56,189 nucleotides of DNA, from IMG/VR virus record IMGVR_UViG_3300027779_000014. One strand, 5' to 3'. This DNA is from an uncultured virus (IMG/VR IMGVR_UViG_3300027779_000014). Taxonomy: Duplodnaviria > Heunggongvirae > Uroviricota > Caudoviricetes. Of the stretch, positions 47,151-56,189 are shown piece after piece (within the stretch, counting starts at the first letter, position 1; each line of letters opens with the position of its first letter). The position numbers were made by a program, and so were the translations under genes. The notes beneath the pieces were generated by a model. That model was not told the origin of the DNA. It made no database searches and saw only the letters and a program-made list of their open reading frames with translations.

Positions 47151-47159
47151 GGTGATTGA

Positions 47160-47420
47160 ATGTACGATGTAGGACAAGGACCAGTTGTATTCGAAAAGAG
47201 TTTTGCTCAAGTTCCAAAACCTCCTACACCTGGACTTGGTAATACTGGAACTTATGTACCAGGCAAAGGTATGTTTGCGGGTGCTGTTGCGATTGCTGTA
47301 GCTGCTGCTGTGGCTGCAGTTTTGAAGGGAGAAAAGGCGGACCGTCCAAAAAATGCTAAATTATTAGCAATCACTACTGCTTTTGGCGTAATTATATTAG
47401 TTCCTAGCTTGCTTAAATAG
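47160..47420 (+). CDS. membrane protein
   Basis: GGTGA SD; two TM. Confidence 0.65.
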   Translation: MYDVGQGPVVFEKSFAQVPKPPTPGLGNTGTYVPGKGMFAGAVAIAVAAAVAAVLKGEKADRPKNAKLLAITTAFGVIILVPSLLK

Positions 47421-48008
47421 ATTTTTTACCATTTTAGCAGTAATCTTTTTCTTATCATGGAAGTGATCTGAATTTCTCCAGTGAGCCCATGTCCAAGATA
47501 ATTCATCCACAACTGCTCCGTTACCTCTTGTTCTATCAACTTGTAAGTGTAGAAGTTTTGCATGTGCGTAATCATTATCCTGATTACGGCTGAAATAATC
47601 ACTAATATAATCTAGGGCCATAGGGAGATCCGTTGTTACGGCTTCTATCCCCCAATTTATTCCCTCTCTCCTGGTAGGGCAAGCCTTTTTTGGACACCAT
47701 ACTGGAAGATTGTGATTGAATACTACGAATACATCTTTGTATCTTCTAGTTAATCTTGACCAAAGAGATGGTTTTGATACTAAATCACCTTCCATACCCA
47801 TAAGTAAGGACTGCATTTCCTTAGCATGGTGATCTTTTATTTTTCTAATTTGCTCTTCGTATTTATCTGCAACTACTTGCGTTGCCTTTTGGAAAGCCAT
47901 TTCATCTCCTAAATTAACTAAAGGTGCGGATTTTTCAGCCTGGGGCAACGCTCTTTTTGCACTTGCTCTAGATCTTGATGAATTACTACCTTTTGTTTTC
48001 TTACTCAT
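47397..48008 (-). CDS. hypothetical protein
   Basis: GGAGG SD before MSKKTK. Confidence 0.7.
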   Translation of the reverse strand: MSKKTKGSNSSRSRASAKRALPQAEKSAPLVNLGDEMAFQKATQVVADKYEEQIRKIKDHHAKEMQSLLMGMEGDLVSKPSLWSRLTRRYKDVFVVFNHNLPVWCPKKACPTRREGINWGIEAVTTDLPMALDYISDYFSRNQDNDYAHAKLLHLQVDRTRGNGAVVDELSWTWAHWRNSDHFHDKKKITAKMVKNLFKQARN

Positions 48009-48183
48009 TGTTAAAATTCCTCCAAGATGCTGTTGCTTTGTCATATGACGCTAATAAGACTATTACTATACCAAATGCAATAGGTATGGGGGCTACATTG
48101 GGGCTAATAAGCCCCATCCCAACTAATATTAAACCAATTAGTAGGGCTCTATATTTTATGCTTTCAGATGCTTCACGGATCAT
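48001..48183 (-). CDS. small membrane protein
   Basis: Two TM; overlapping neighbours. Confidence 0.6.
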   Translation of the reverse strand: MIREASESIKYRALLIGLILVGMGLISPNVAPIPIAFGIVIVLLASYDKATASWRNFNNE

Positions 48184-48701
48184 AATTCGTCATCCCAATC
48201 TTTTATCTGTTGAGTAGGCACATATTTTTCACCATTAGATTTACAGTTTCCACAACTACCTTTGAATGGCTGGGAATGTTCGCATTTTTTACACCAATAT
48301 ACTCTGGGAACTTGATAATTTGGTTCGAGATATTCTTCCCATATCATAGGTAAAGTACCGTATGCCCATACATGACCCTTCCAGTCCTTTCCCTGCTCAT
48401 TGAGGATAGAGGGTATCATGTAGGACGCTAATTTTTTATTTTCAAATGGCCCAAACGCCTGCTCTCTTTGGTTCATTATACCAATTGGTGTGAATTCGAA
48501 TGCATTTCCTTGACGGAGAAGTTCTATTGTTTCTGAAATAGCATCTTTCGTATATTCTATACATTCTTCATATTCTTCTTTTGCGGCCTTTGTTGCATTA
48601 ACGATAAAGATCGCTTTGGAAATTTTACTCTTGGCTTTAGTTTGCGGTACAACATTTTCTTTCATTGAAAATTTGCGAGAGTCTTTTTGCTGATTATTCA
48701 T
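48180..48701 (-). CDS. zinc-ribbon hypothetical protein
   Basis: CKKC...CGNC. Confidence 0.7.
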   Translation of the reverse strand: MNNQQKDSRKFSMKENVVPQTKAKSKISKAIFIVNATKAAKEEYEECIEYTKDAISETIELLRQGNAFEFTPIGIMNQREQAFGPFENKKLASYMIPSILNEQGKDWKGHVWAYGTLPMIWEEYLEPNYQVPRVYWCKKCEHSQPFKGSCGNCKSNGEKYVPTQQIKDWDDEL

Positions 48702-48960
48702 TTCTGCCTACCTCATTATCCCCATCCAGGTCTTTTCCTGATAATGTCTCTAGTTCATTTACCCACAGTCCACCCGAAGTTAATCTTTCAAGTTCTTTTT
48801 TGTATTTCCCGACACCTAGCATGTCAATACCCAATAAAATTGTACATATTACCATTAAGGCTACACCGGCTGATTGGATAATACTGTTACCTGACAGTAA
48901 AGACACCGTTAGGATCAGTGTCCCAGCTCCAACAGATATTGTAGCCTCATTCACAATCAT
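48694..48960 (-). CDS. membrane protein
   Basis: Two TM. Confidence 0.65.
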   Translation of the reverse strand: MIVNEATISVGAGTLILTVSLLSGNSIIQSAGVALMVICTILLGIDMLGVGKYKKELERLTSGGLWVNELETLSGKDLDGDNEVGRNE

Positions 48961-49307
48961 TCCTCTTCTGCAGGGGTGATGAATTGCTGCTTGATTGGGT
49001 CAAGGGCCTCAGGGAATGTTTGGAAGAATTCAATCAATTTATCATTGACTTCTTTTCTTGTCGCCCTTATTGTTTGTTTGATTAATAGTTGCGTGAATTC
49101 CCATGATTCATTCATTATTTGAATGCGCTGTTCATTTTCATTCATCCTATCAATGGAAAGACCAGAAGACATCATAGTAATTCCTATGGCGTTTAGTTCG
49201 TCAACTGAGATACTTGGCTTAGTTGGTTCAACCGGATAGTGTTCTTCTTTTTCCGTTGGCGTGCTTTCGTTGGTTTTTTTAGATTTTTTTGATTTTTTTG
49301 ATTTCAT
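48957..49307 (-). CDS. hypothetical protein
   Basis: GAGGAGG SD. Confidence 0.7.
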   Translation of the reverse strand: MKSKKSKKSKKTNESTPTEKEEHYPVEPTKPSISVDELNAIGITMMSSGLSIDRMNENEQRIQIMNESWEFTQLLIKQTIRATRKEVNDKLIEFFQTFPEALDPIKQQFITPAEEE

Positions 49308-49309
49308 CT

Positions 49310-50290
49310 TTATTCCTCCTCTTCGGTTCTGTATGTCCTTCTGACGATTGAATTGTCGTTTAATTGGTTCGTATGTCTAAGCGTCTCCCATACATAATCT
49401 ATGTGAGAAGTAGGGGAGTTCGACACTTCTAATAATTTTGAAGAAATTTCTTCATATTCGTGAGCCAAAAACACTTCTCTTCCCTTTAAGGCCATACCAA
49501 CCCCATAAATTGTTGGCTGTTGTAAAGCCTTACCAAACAAAAAGTCTGAATCTTGAAATTCATCAGTTAGCCCAATGGCTCCGGCTAAATATAATTGACT
49601 ACGATCTAATACCGCCTTGATTGTACTCCTATTCCAGACTAGACTACCACTCCTAGTATAATTTCTGTTCTCAATCAAGTTTGTGATTATTTGGGATGTC
49701 TTGTAACCTCTAACATGCATTTTTAATATTTCATGTACTACCTTTGCTTCTTCTATGTGGGGAATTAAAGAGCCAGGGTTCAACCTTGTACCTTGGGGGG
49801 TATAGTTGTCATCCATTTTATACCCTAGTGGTGGAACTCCAATCCACCTTCCGCTTCTCCTAGCTCCTTCTAGCCCCATTTTAACTCTAGTAGATATGGT
49901 TTCACGCTCCATTTCAGCGAATGCGCCCATTACCTGAATGAAGAATCTTCCTTGGGCTGTTGAGGTATCTACTCTTTCTTCTGTTGAAATGAAATCACAT
50001 TCCTTGGTTCGAAGGTCGTCTAACCATAGGACCATGTTTCGTAAGTTTCTGTGAATCCTATCTAATTTGTATATTACTACTATACGCCATTCTGTACCTG
50101 CTTTGGACATCATTTCTAGATACCCTGGCCTATGCTCGAATGCTGAACCTGATCCTGTGTCGTGATAGTGACCTACGATTTCATGCCCTTCCAATTCAGC
50201 ATATTGATTACATCTTCTTAGCTGTTCCTCTGGAGAATGTCCGTCTTCCTGGTATTCTGTTGATATTCTAGTATATACTACTGCTTTCAC
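49310..50290 (-). CDS. serine recombinase (resolvase catalytic domain plus recombinase domain)
   Basis: YTRIST, DTGSG, YKLDRIHRN, DTSTAQGRF, AEMERETISTRVKMG, PPLGY. Confidence 0.92.
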   Translation of the reverse strand: MKAVVYTRISTEYQEDGHSPEEQLRRCNQYAELEGHEIVGHYHDTGSGSAFEHRPGYLEMMSKAGTEWRIVVIYKLDRIHRNLRNMVLWLDDLRTKECDFISTEERVDTSTAQGRFFIQVMGAFAEMERETISTRVKMGLEGARRSGRWIGVPPLGYKMDDNYTPQGTRLNPGSLIPHIEEAKVVHEILKMHVRGYKTSQIITNLIENRNYTRSGSLVWNRSTIKAVLDRSQLYLAGAIGLTDEFQDSDFLFGKALQQPTIYGVGMALKGREVFLAHEYEEISSKLLEVSNSPTSHIDYVWETLRHTNQLNDNSIVRRTYRTEEEE

Positions 50291-50712
50291 TTTATAGCAC
50301 TCCTGAATGTATGGAAGGATGAGTAAGGTACTTCATCATCATTTTTATCTATAATTTTATTCAATTTTTCAGTAATTTTTCCCATGCGGTAGTAGTATTC
50401 ATCGGTTGGGTTGTCCAACACCTCATTCAAATTGATTAGTAATTCGTGAACAGAAGTTGATTTGGTGTATTCTAGCATCTTTTGGATTTGCTTTTCTTCA
50501 GGATGGACACCCTCAAGCATAGCAAATCTGTCTATAAGACTGCACAGCCATTCAATAGCGAAATATGAATGTCTCAAAATATTGTTCTGAAGCATTAGTT
50601 CTTCTAAAGGCGATAAAGATGTCAATTTAATTAATTCGTTTAGTTCCTTTTCTTCTTCTTCTTTCATTTCATCCTCACTTTCCCGTCTGGTTCGCCAGTA
50701 CCCAGACATCTC
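50287..50712 (-). CDS. hypothetical protein
   Basis: ORF overlapping recombinase start. Confidence 0.65.
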   Translation of the reverse strand, partial: EMSGYWRTRRESEDEMKEEEEKELNELIKLTSLSPLEELMLQNNILRHSYFAIEWLCSLIDRFAMLEGVHPEEKQIQKMLEYTKSTSVHELLINLNEVLDNPTDEYYYRMGKITEKLNKIIDKNDDEVPYSSFHTFRSAIK

Positions 50713-51034
50713 CATAATCACTCATGATCAATTTCTTATCATGTGAAATATAGCCAAAAACCTTTCTTCCGCCTCCCATACCTGGCTCTCTAATCTCCAA
50801 TCTATCGAGTTTGGTTGATACTTTCCCCTTTCCAGGCCATAAGCCTGAAATAGCGATTAGAGCAGTTTCTTGTTTCTGAACGAGGTGTGATTTACAAGTT
50901 GGGCATAGTTCTTTCATTGAACCATGGCAGGTGAAATTGTCATATAATATCTGTGGTGAATTAACATAGGTAGGTTCATGCACATTGAACCCTTTAGGAA
51001 TAAATATCTGATACATACGAACCATGTGGTTCAT
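50675..51034 (-). CDS. hypothetical protein
   Basis: 119-aa ORF; ISGLWP also in 15061..15366. Confidence 0.55.
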   Translation of the reverse strand: MNHMVRMYQIFIPKGFNVHEPTYVNSPQILYDNFTCHGSMKELCPTCKSHLVQKQETALIAISGLWPGKGKVSTKLDRLEIREPGMGGGRKVFGYISHDKKLIMSDYGDVWVLANQTGK

Positions 51035-51417
51035 CTATGGGGCATCCGAGGTTCACCCTCAAAATAGAACAATTCCTATACCTACAACTATCAATTAGAG
51101 GTTAGCACTATTGGTTATAGTTGCAGTAAGTTTTTGGTTATGCAACTATTAACTATGGTTGCCCACTCTATACTCAACCATAGAACCATAAAGACTTTTG
51201 ACTAACTCATGTTTATAGTAATGCTTAATTGCCTTATCTACTCGTATCAATCCTATGTCAGCAGTAGATTTTGGATTTGAACTTCTTTTTATCCTTTTTT
51301 TAGTTCTGGTAAGTATTTTAGGAATCACCATCCTAGGAGCATTCGTAGCAAGTTTATTTTTTGGAATAGTAGCTTTCTCAGGCTGGATTTTCACATTAAC
51401 AGATGGAGGCGGCATAA

Positions 51418-51684
51418 TTGATTAAGGCTAAGAAACGAAATTCTAGGAAAAAACGGTACCTAAAGGAAGCTGCAACTAACTATATAGTAAAGAACGGGCC
51501 TAGTACCGCAGTAGATATTTGTTACTATGGAGTCACTAATGCAGGAACTATGCTCAAAGATCAAAGAAGAGGTGGAGGCGTACACCACGCACAGGCTTTT
51601 GCATGGTTGAGAGTAGATCCAGACTTCCATAGATTGTCTGATAATAGATTTAGAATAAAGAAAGGAGTCCAGGAGGAAGAATAA
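51418..51684 (+). CDS. basic winged-helix-like protein
   Basis: GGAGG SD; NGPSTAVDI. Confidence 0.55.
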   Translation: MIKAKKRNSRKKRYLKEAATNYIVKNGPSTAVDICYYGVTNAGTMLKDQRRGGGVHHAQAFAWLRVDPDFHRLSDNRFRIKKGVQEEE

Positions 51685-51951
51685 TGACATCTAGAGATAA
51701 TATGATAGAATCATTACCTTGTTTTTGTGATAAAGAAAAGAGGCATCCCCTTTGTTCATCGATGACTTGGTATTGCCTATCTTGCGGGCATTTTTATCCA
51801 TTCGAGGGGCTTACTGCATGAATAGTAAAGAATGTCTCGATTGTGGTTTGAAGGCTTCTTTATTTGAAGTTCTAGAAACTGATATACAAGGAAGAAGGAA
51901 GAATCGCTACCTTTGTAAATGCGGGATCCCGATGGATGTTTGGGAATAAAT

Positions 51952-52206
51952 TTAGATGTTTTTATCTATATGCTCTTCATACCACTGGTAGAAGGGTATT
52001 AACCAAAATATTGAACAAAGAGCAAGTGGTAATGCGACGCCTTGATAGTAGAACATTGGATCATCTGTAAACAAATATAAGAAGCTCAAAACTAATGGTT
52101 GATTGGCTGCCCAACCGAATAATGGCCGCAGGGCGACCTTAGTAGTTAGGAGCACAATTTCCGGCTCGCTAATTAGGTTCCTTAAGTACTTTTCATCAGT
52201 TACCAT
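51952..52206 (-). CDS. membrane protein
   Basis: Hydrophobic segments. Confidence 0.55.
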   Translation of the reverse strand: MVTDEKYLRNLISEPEIVLLTTKVALRPLFGWAANQPLVLSFLYLFTDDPMFYYQGVALPLALCSIFWLIPFYQWYEEHIDKNI

Positions 52207-52655
52207 TTCTTCTTTCTTTTCTTTTTTCTTCTAAATAGCAACGACCACATAGCGCCCCCAATCGACCATTACTGCTTGACGATCTTGGCCTTTGAGATTT
52301 ACAATTAAAACAAGCCCAATTTTTTCGAGGGTGACTCATTTTTTATACCTCTCAGTTACTAATGTCCGACCATCATTAAAGTCAGATATTACTTGTAAGA
52401 ACTTGGTATAGTAAGAACTAAAGTAAAAAAATATCAACATAGTTACTATGAATAGTATTAAACTCAAAGCCAAAACAATAAGCAATGTAGTGGCTATAAG
52501 ATCCATACTAGTTAGTCCCTATTATTTGCGTCTATCTCTTGTAATGCATAATCTAGTGGAATTGATTCTCCACAGGTTTCACATCTTAGTGTTATGGAGT
52601 TCCATCCACTTCTGCCCTCACAACGACAGGAGGTGGAGAACATGTTTAGATTTCC

Positions 52656-52838
52656 TTACCTGTTATTCTTATCATCGCTGACCTTTGAACGCACGCTTTG
52701 AGCGTGGTTCTTGGTAGCTTGCATTGCCTTCCTGACGCGCGTACCCGCGCTAGAGTTACCCTTATCGTGCTTTGCTGCATCGACCAAGGTTGCGTTCAAT
52801 AATTCTATCATCTCAGTTACTATTCCCTCTACGGACAT
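52656..52838 (-). CDS. histone H1-like (Hc1-like) small basic protein
   Basis: DAAKHDKGNSSAGTRVRKAMQ; GGTGGTGA SD. Confidence 0.7.
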   Translation of the reverse strand: MSVEGIVTEMIELLNATLVDAAKHDKGNSSAGTRVRKAMQATKNHAQSVRSKVSDDKNNR

Positions 52839-52868
52839 GTTAATCACCACCTATTATTGTCGTATAAT

Positions 52869-53315
52869 CTATTCCCTGCGAAAAAGTGCTATTGGAGTAC
52901 CATAAGGTGAATCTTTGAATACCGATAACCCCTTATGTTCAATTATTCCACCCTGGCCCATTTTAGAATGCCATATATCCCTATCTGGATATTGCTTATT
53001 TCTTTTGGCAGCATGAGTGACATTGTAACCCTCTCCTTTCTTAATTGCGAATAGGGCCACATCTGCTAATTTTTCACTAGAGGTTGGGGTATATCCATGT
53101 TTTCCATAGAATTGAATGAATTCGCTGAGGCTCGATGTACCATCTAAATTAGAATCTATTTCATTCCATACCCAGCGATCAGTTATCCCTATTGACCAGG
53201 CTATACAATTGAATCCTTTGTTGAATCCAGAAATTGTTGCGACCTCTAGATGGGGGAATTCTTCCATATATGTTTGCCATAACATTGGTCTTGAACTAAT
53301 GCCTGCTATTTTCAT
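52869..53315 (-). CDS. papain-like fold protein (DUF7689-like)
   Basis: FNCIAWS, THAA, WHSKMG. Confidence 0.6.
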   Translation of the reverse strand: MKIAGISSRPMLWQTYMEEFPHLEVATISGFNKGFNCIAWSIGITDRWVWNEIDSNLDGTSSLSEFIQFYGKHGYTPTSSEKLADVALFAIKKGEGYNVTHAAKRNKQYPDRDIWHSKMGQGGIIEHKGLSVFKDSPYGTPIALFRRE

Positions 53316-53503
53316 TCCAATTCATCCATTTTTTCGAGGACACCTGGAGCTACTGCTATTTCGTAGTAACAAAGGTCGCATACGATCCAACCTCCATAGT
53401 TGTTCATAGTAACTTCTTCATCGCACTCTCTACAGGTTTCCTCTGAGGTTGGAGCATCGGAAACGAGTTTCCATTTGCCTCCTTCTTTCTTGACTTCATA
53501 CCT
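53312..53503 (-). CDS. small zinc-ribbon protein
   Basis: CREC...CDLC; start uncertain. Confidence 0.5.
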   Translation of the reverse strand, partial: RYEVKKEGGKWKLVSDAPTSEETCRECDEEVTMNNYGGWIVCDLCYYEIAVAPGVLEKMDELE

Positions 53504-53553
53504 CATTTTTTCTATGATTTTTTCACATCCTTCAGAAATTGACATCAATTTTC

Positions 53554-53937
53554 TCATTCCCCCTCTGGCTGCTGCCATTCCATTATAACTTCATTCCATA
53601 CATAACGATTTCCATTATCAGGCATATCTACAGGGGGTTCCCATGAATATGTGGTCTCATTCAATAACCAAGATTCGAAAGGCCTGGGTGTTAAGAATGC
53701 GTCTAATTCTTTATTGTAGGTGTAACCTACGCCTGCGAATCTGACCCTCAAAGTACCATTGTATGATGTTTGATACCAGGTTTTATTTTCTGAATTTTCA
53801 TTCTTGAATATTTTTCGTAAATAAGTCTGCCCTAATAACTCATTGTGCCTTCCATCAGCATCTCTAAGCACATCATCATCCACCACTACTACTCGTAATA
53901 CTTTGTCGTTCTGATCTACTTCTGCGAAATGTGCCAT
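53554..53937 (-). CDS. conserved phage tail-region protein
   Basis: MAHFAE...WYQTSYN...FAGVGYTY...DAF..PRPFESW...WEPPV. Confidence 0.8.
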   Translation of the reverse strand: MAHFAEVDQNDKVLRVVVVDDDVLRDADGRHNELLGQTYLRKIFKNENSENKTWYQTSYNGTLRVRFAGVGYTYNKELDAFLTPRPFESWLLNETTYSWEPPVDMPDNGNRYVWNEVIMEWQQPEGE

Positions 53938-53946
53938 TTATACCCC

Positions 53947-55293
53947 TCATATTATTCTATACTTGATTATTACTGTTCCTGAACCACCATTACCGCCATT
54001 GCCTCTACCAGATGAGCCGCCGCCGCCGCCGCCACCAGAATATTGTCCACCGGCTCCTGCATCACTTCCTCCAGAAGTAGTACTTGTATTAGTTGAAGAT
54101 GAGCCTGCGGAACCTGCATTTGTAGCATCACCGCCACCTAAGCCACCAGTAGATGAACCTCGATTAGAAGCGCCGCCACCGCCGCCGCCTTGCCCTCCAT
54201 CTCCGGCGGAACCACCAGTACCGTAGCCAGAGGATGATGATTCTCCTGCACCTCCGCCACCGCCGCCGTATGACACATGAGAATTTATGAATTTCAATTG
54301 TATTCCTTTGCCACCATGCCCTTGGGGGCCATCAGAGCCGTTGGATGCTGAACCAGCTCCACCTCCTCCAGATCTTGAAGAAGAAACATTTCCATGGTCG
54401 CCGCCTTTGAAACCATCATACGGAATTGTTCTGTGGCCGGTGTTGAAACTGCCGTGTCTGTATGCTGAAACTCCTTGCGCCCCAGTACCAGGGTCAGGTT
54501 GTCCACCACCGCCACCATTTGCAGGTGAACCATCTCCTATATCTTCTGGAGCCGAGGAAGGTCTATCTCCCGTTTCTCCTCCACCGCCGCCGCCTCCAAA
54601 TTTTGCTATCTCTTTGAAAGGGAAACCTAATTCGGGCCAAGTACCTGCTAGGTCTGCTTGTTGGACTACAGAAGAATTAGTCGCTTTTGTTCCTTGCACA
54701 AATGGGTATTCTGCACCTGCTCCGCCAGCCCCTATTATTATCTGATATGGTTCGGCTGAAAATAGTCGTCTTTTCATCAACATAACACCACCTCCGCCGG
54801 CGCCGCCGCCGCCATCAGCGCCGCCACCGCCTCCTCCTCCTACAAGGAGGACATCAGCCCATCCTTCGGCTGTCACATCAAAAATAGTAACTCCGGTGAA
54901 TGTGTGTACTCTATATTGCACTCCGTTTTCTTGGGCGTATGTTGTGATATTCCCGCCTGTTACTTCTATTTCGCTAACTGGCGGATCTTCCAAATGATAT
55001 CCGCCACCTATGACATGCACTTTTTGATTAGCCGTTGGAGATACTGCATACATTAATGCTGTTTCTGAAACAACCATCCCCATTCTCGCATTTTTCTTTA
55101 GTGGAAAACCGGAAGAAGTAGTGACTGTCGAGTTTCCGATATAAACAACATCTGTGTTTTCCGAATCTGCTATAATTTCACTATATTCCACTGGTGCGGC
55201 AGACTCTAGAGGTTGACTTATATTTGCTTCTTCAATAATGTTTGTGAATTTTATTAACTCGTTGGCTAGATCTGCGCCAAATACGAATTCCAT
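53947..55293 (-). CDS. glycine-rich virion/tail-associated protein
   Basis: YRVHTFT, LLVGGGGGGG, GGSGTVIIKY glycine-rich domain. Confidence 0.8.
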   Translation of the reverse strand: MEFVFGADLANELIKFTNIIEEANISQPLESAAPVEYSEIIADSENTDVVYIGNSTVTTSSGFPLKKNARMGMVVSETALMYAVSPTANQKVHVIGGGYHLEDPPVSEIEVTGGNITTYAQENGVQYRVHTFTGVTIFDVTAEGWADVLLVGGGGGGGADGGGGAGGGGVMLMKRRLFSAEPYQIIIGAGGAGAEYPFVQGTKATNSSVVQQADLAGTWPELGFPFKEIAKFGGGGGGGETGDRPSSAPEDIGDGSPANGGGGGQPDPGTGAQGVSAYRHGSFNTGHRTIPYDGFKGGDHGNVSSSRSGGGGAGSASNGSDGPQGHGGKGIQLKFINSHVSYGGGGGGAGESSSSGYGTGGSAGDGGQGGGGGGASNRGSSTGGLGGGDATNAGSAGSSSTNTSTTSGGSDAGAGGQYSGGGGGGGSSGRGNGGNGGSGTVIIKYRII

Positions 55294-55296
55294 CTA

Positions 55297-55506
55297 TCAA
55301 TCCATCCATGTTGGTTTTGTCGGTATGTTAGCATATGCTAATTCCGGTGTTTCGTAGTCTTGGGGTAGTGTTAATAAATCTGTTCTGTATTGTTCTAGTT
55401 CTGTTTTTTGTGTATCTGTTAAGTTATTGTAAGGGATAACCAATTGGTATATATCCATCTGTTTTAGCATTCCTTGTCTAATTCCCCTTAATTCATCCCA
55501 TTCCAT
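55297..55506 (-). CDS. phage tail fibre assembly chaperone-like protein
   Basis: WDELRGIR...YRTDLLTLPQ...PTKP. Confidence 0.75.
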   Translation of the reverse strand: MEWDELRGIRQGMLKQMDIYQLVIPYNNLTDTQKTELEQYRTDLLTLPQDYETPELAYANIPTKPTWMD

Positions 55507-55515
55507 TTAATCACC

Positions 55516-56189
55516 TCAGAAGTTAAACTGGACCCATACTATTGCTTGTGCATTGTTCAAACTTGTTCCACTAGCAGTTCTTTTAAGTTGTACATGGTCG
55601 CCAGCATTGAAAGTTAATCCCACTGATGAGCCAGTTACTACCTTAGTGTATGCAGTACCGTTAGGGTTTGTTAAAGAATTAGATGCCCATGAAAAATCTG
55701 TACCGCTTGCTGCACCGTTTGTTCTCAATCTCCAAGTGTTATTAGTACTATTTGAGGTGATACTTCCACCTGCGAATAAGAAACTTACAGCCATTACTGT
55801 ACCAGCAAACGGCATTGGATAACCATTAGGATTAGCAGAAGAACTTTGAACTGTTGGCACTCTCATATCTACTGTTGTAGTATTTAAGCCAGATCTCTCA
55901 TAGAATAGCGGTGTTAATGTACCTAGTACAACTCCGTCATTATTGCCTTCAACTAAAGTGTTTGCATCGACATACGCCTTGATTGATTGTTGGGAAGCTA
56001 TGGCTGTTGCACTATTCGAACTCATGTTATCTTCATCAACAAAACTTTTACCGTCTAGGATATTGAGTTCTGCAGTGGTAGCGGTTACACCGTCTATCAA
56101 ATTCAGTTCTGCAGTGGTAGCGGTTACACCGTCTAGTTTGTTGAGTTCTGCTGCGGTTGCTGTTACTCCATCGAGAATGTTCAATTCTG
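55516..56189 (-). CDS. tail fibre-like protein, 5' partial, with ELNxLDGVTAT repeats
   Basis: 33-bp repeats at 56050-56189; SQQSIKAYVD motif. Confidence 0.75.
   Translation of the reverse strand, partial: ELNILDGVTATAAELNKLDGVTATTAELNLIDGVTATTAELNILDGKSFVDEDNMSSNSATAIASQQSIKAYVDANTLVEGNNDGVVLGTLTPLFYERSGLNTTTVDMRVPTVQSSSANPNGYPMPFAGTVMAVSFLFAGGSITSNSTNNTWRLRTNGAASGTDFSWASNSLTNPNGTAYTKVVTGSSVGLTFNAGDHVQLKRTASGTSLNNAQAIVWVQFNF

Noticed and set aside
37019..51314. Isolated ACTTACC/GGTAAGT matches in the right arm
   Set aside because: Few, not at gene starts, consistent with chance.
43925..54745. Ser-rich ORF 43925..44341(-) and Pro-rich ORFs 53963..54745(+)
   Set aside because: Reverse-frame artefacts of the acidic and glycine-rich genes.

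Overview
AT-rich fragment, most likely from a tailed archaeal virus (inference). Support: GGTGA-type Shine-Dalgarno sites, a TFB-like gene, a PCNA-like clamp, tRNA-Lys and tail-type genes at the right end; a Thermoplasmatota/Poseidoniales-like host is plausible but unproven. The left ~33.4 kb is one minus-strand array of ~70 mostly small genes. A heptamer ACTGACC (ACTTACC near the 5' end of the array) sits directly against the ATG of most of them: 52 exact ACTGACCATG copies counted by eye, plus ~18 variants. The same heptamer also abuts the first base of several non-coding, terminally paired RNA units in a structured ncRNA cluster (31.4-34.1 kb), and several copies are directly preceded by H-type pseudoknots that show covariation. 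Together this suggests an undescribed punctuation system in which a site-specific RNA cut or a compact initiator yields leaderless mRNAs and ncRNAs. The strand switch at ~34.1-34.6 kb holds tandem repeats and a pair of 14-bp palindromes 31 bp apart, and the pair recurs inverted at 42.56 kb. The right arm lacks the start-linked motif and encodes TFB, glycosyltransferases, a small GTPase with membrane proteins, a serine recombinase and tail-associated proteins. Family names come from recognising motifs, not from database searches.
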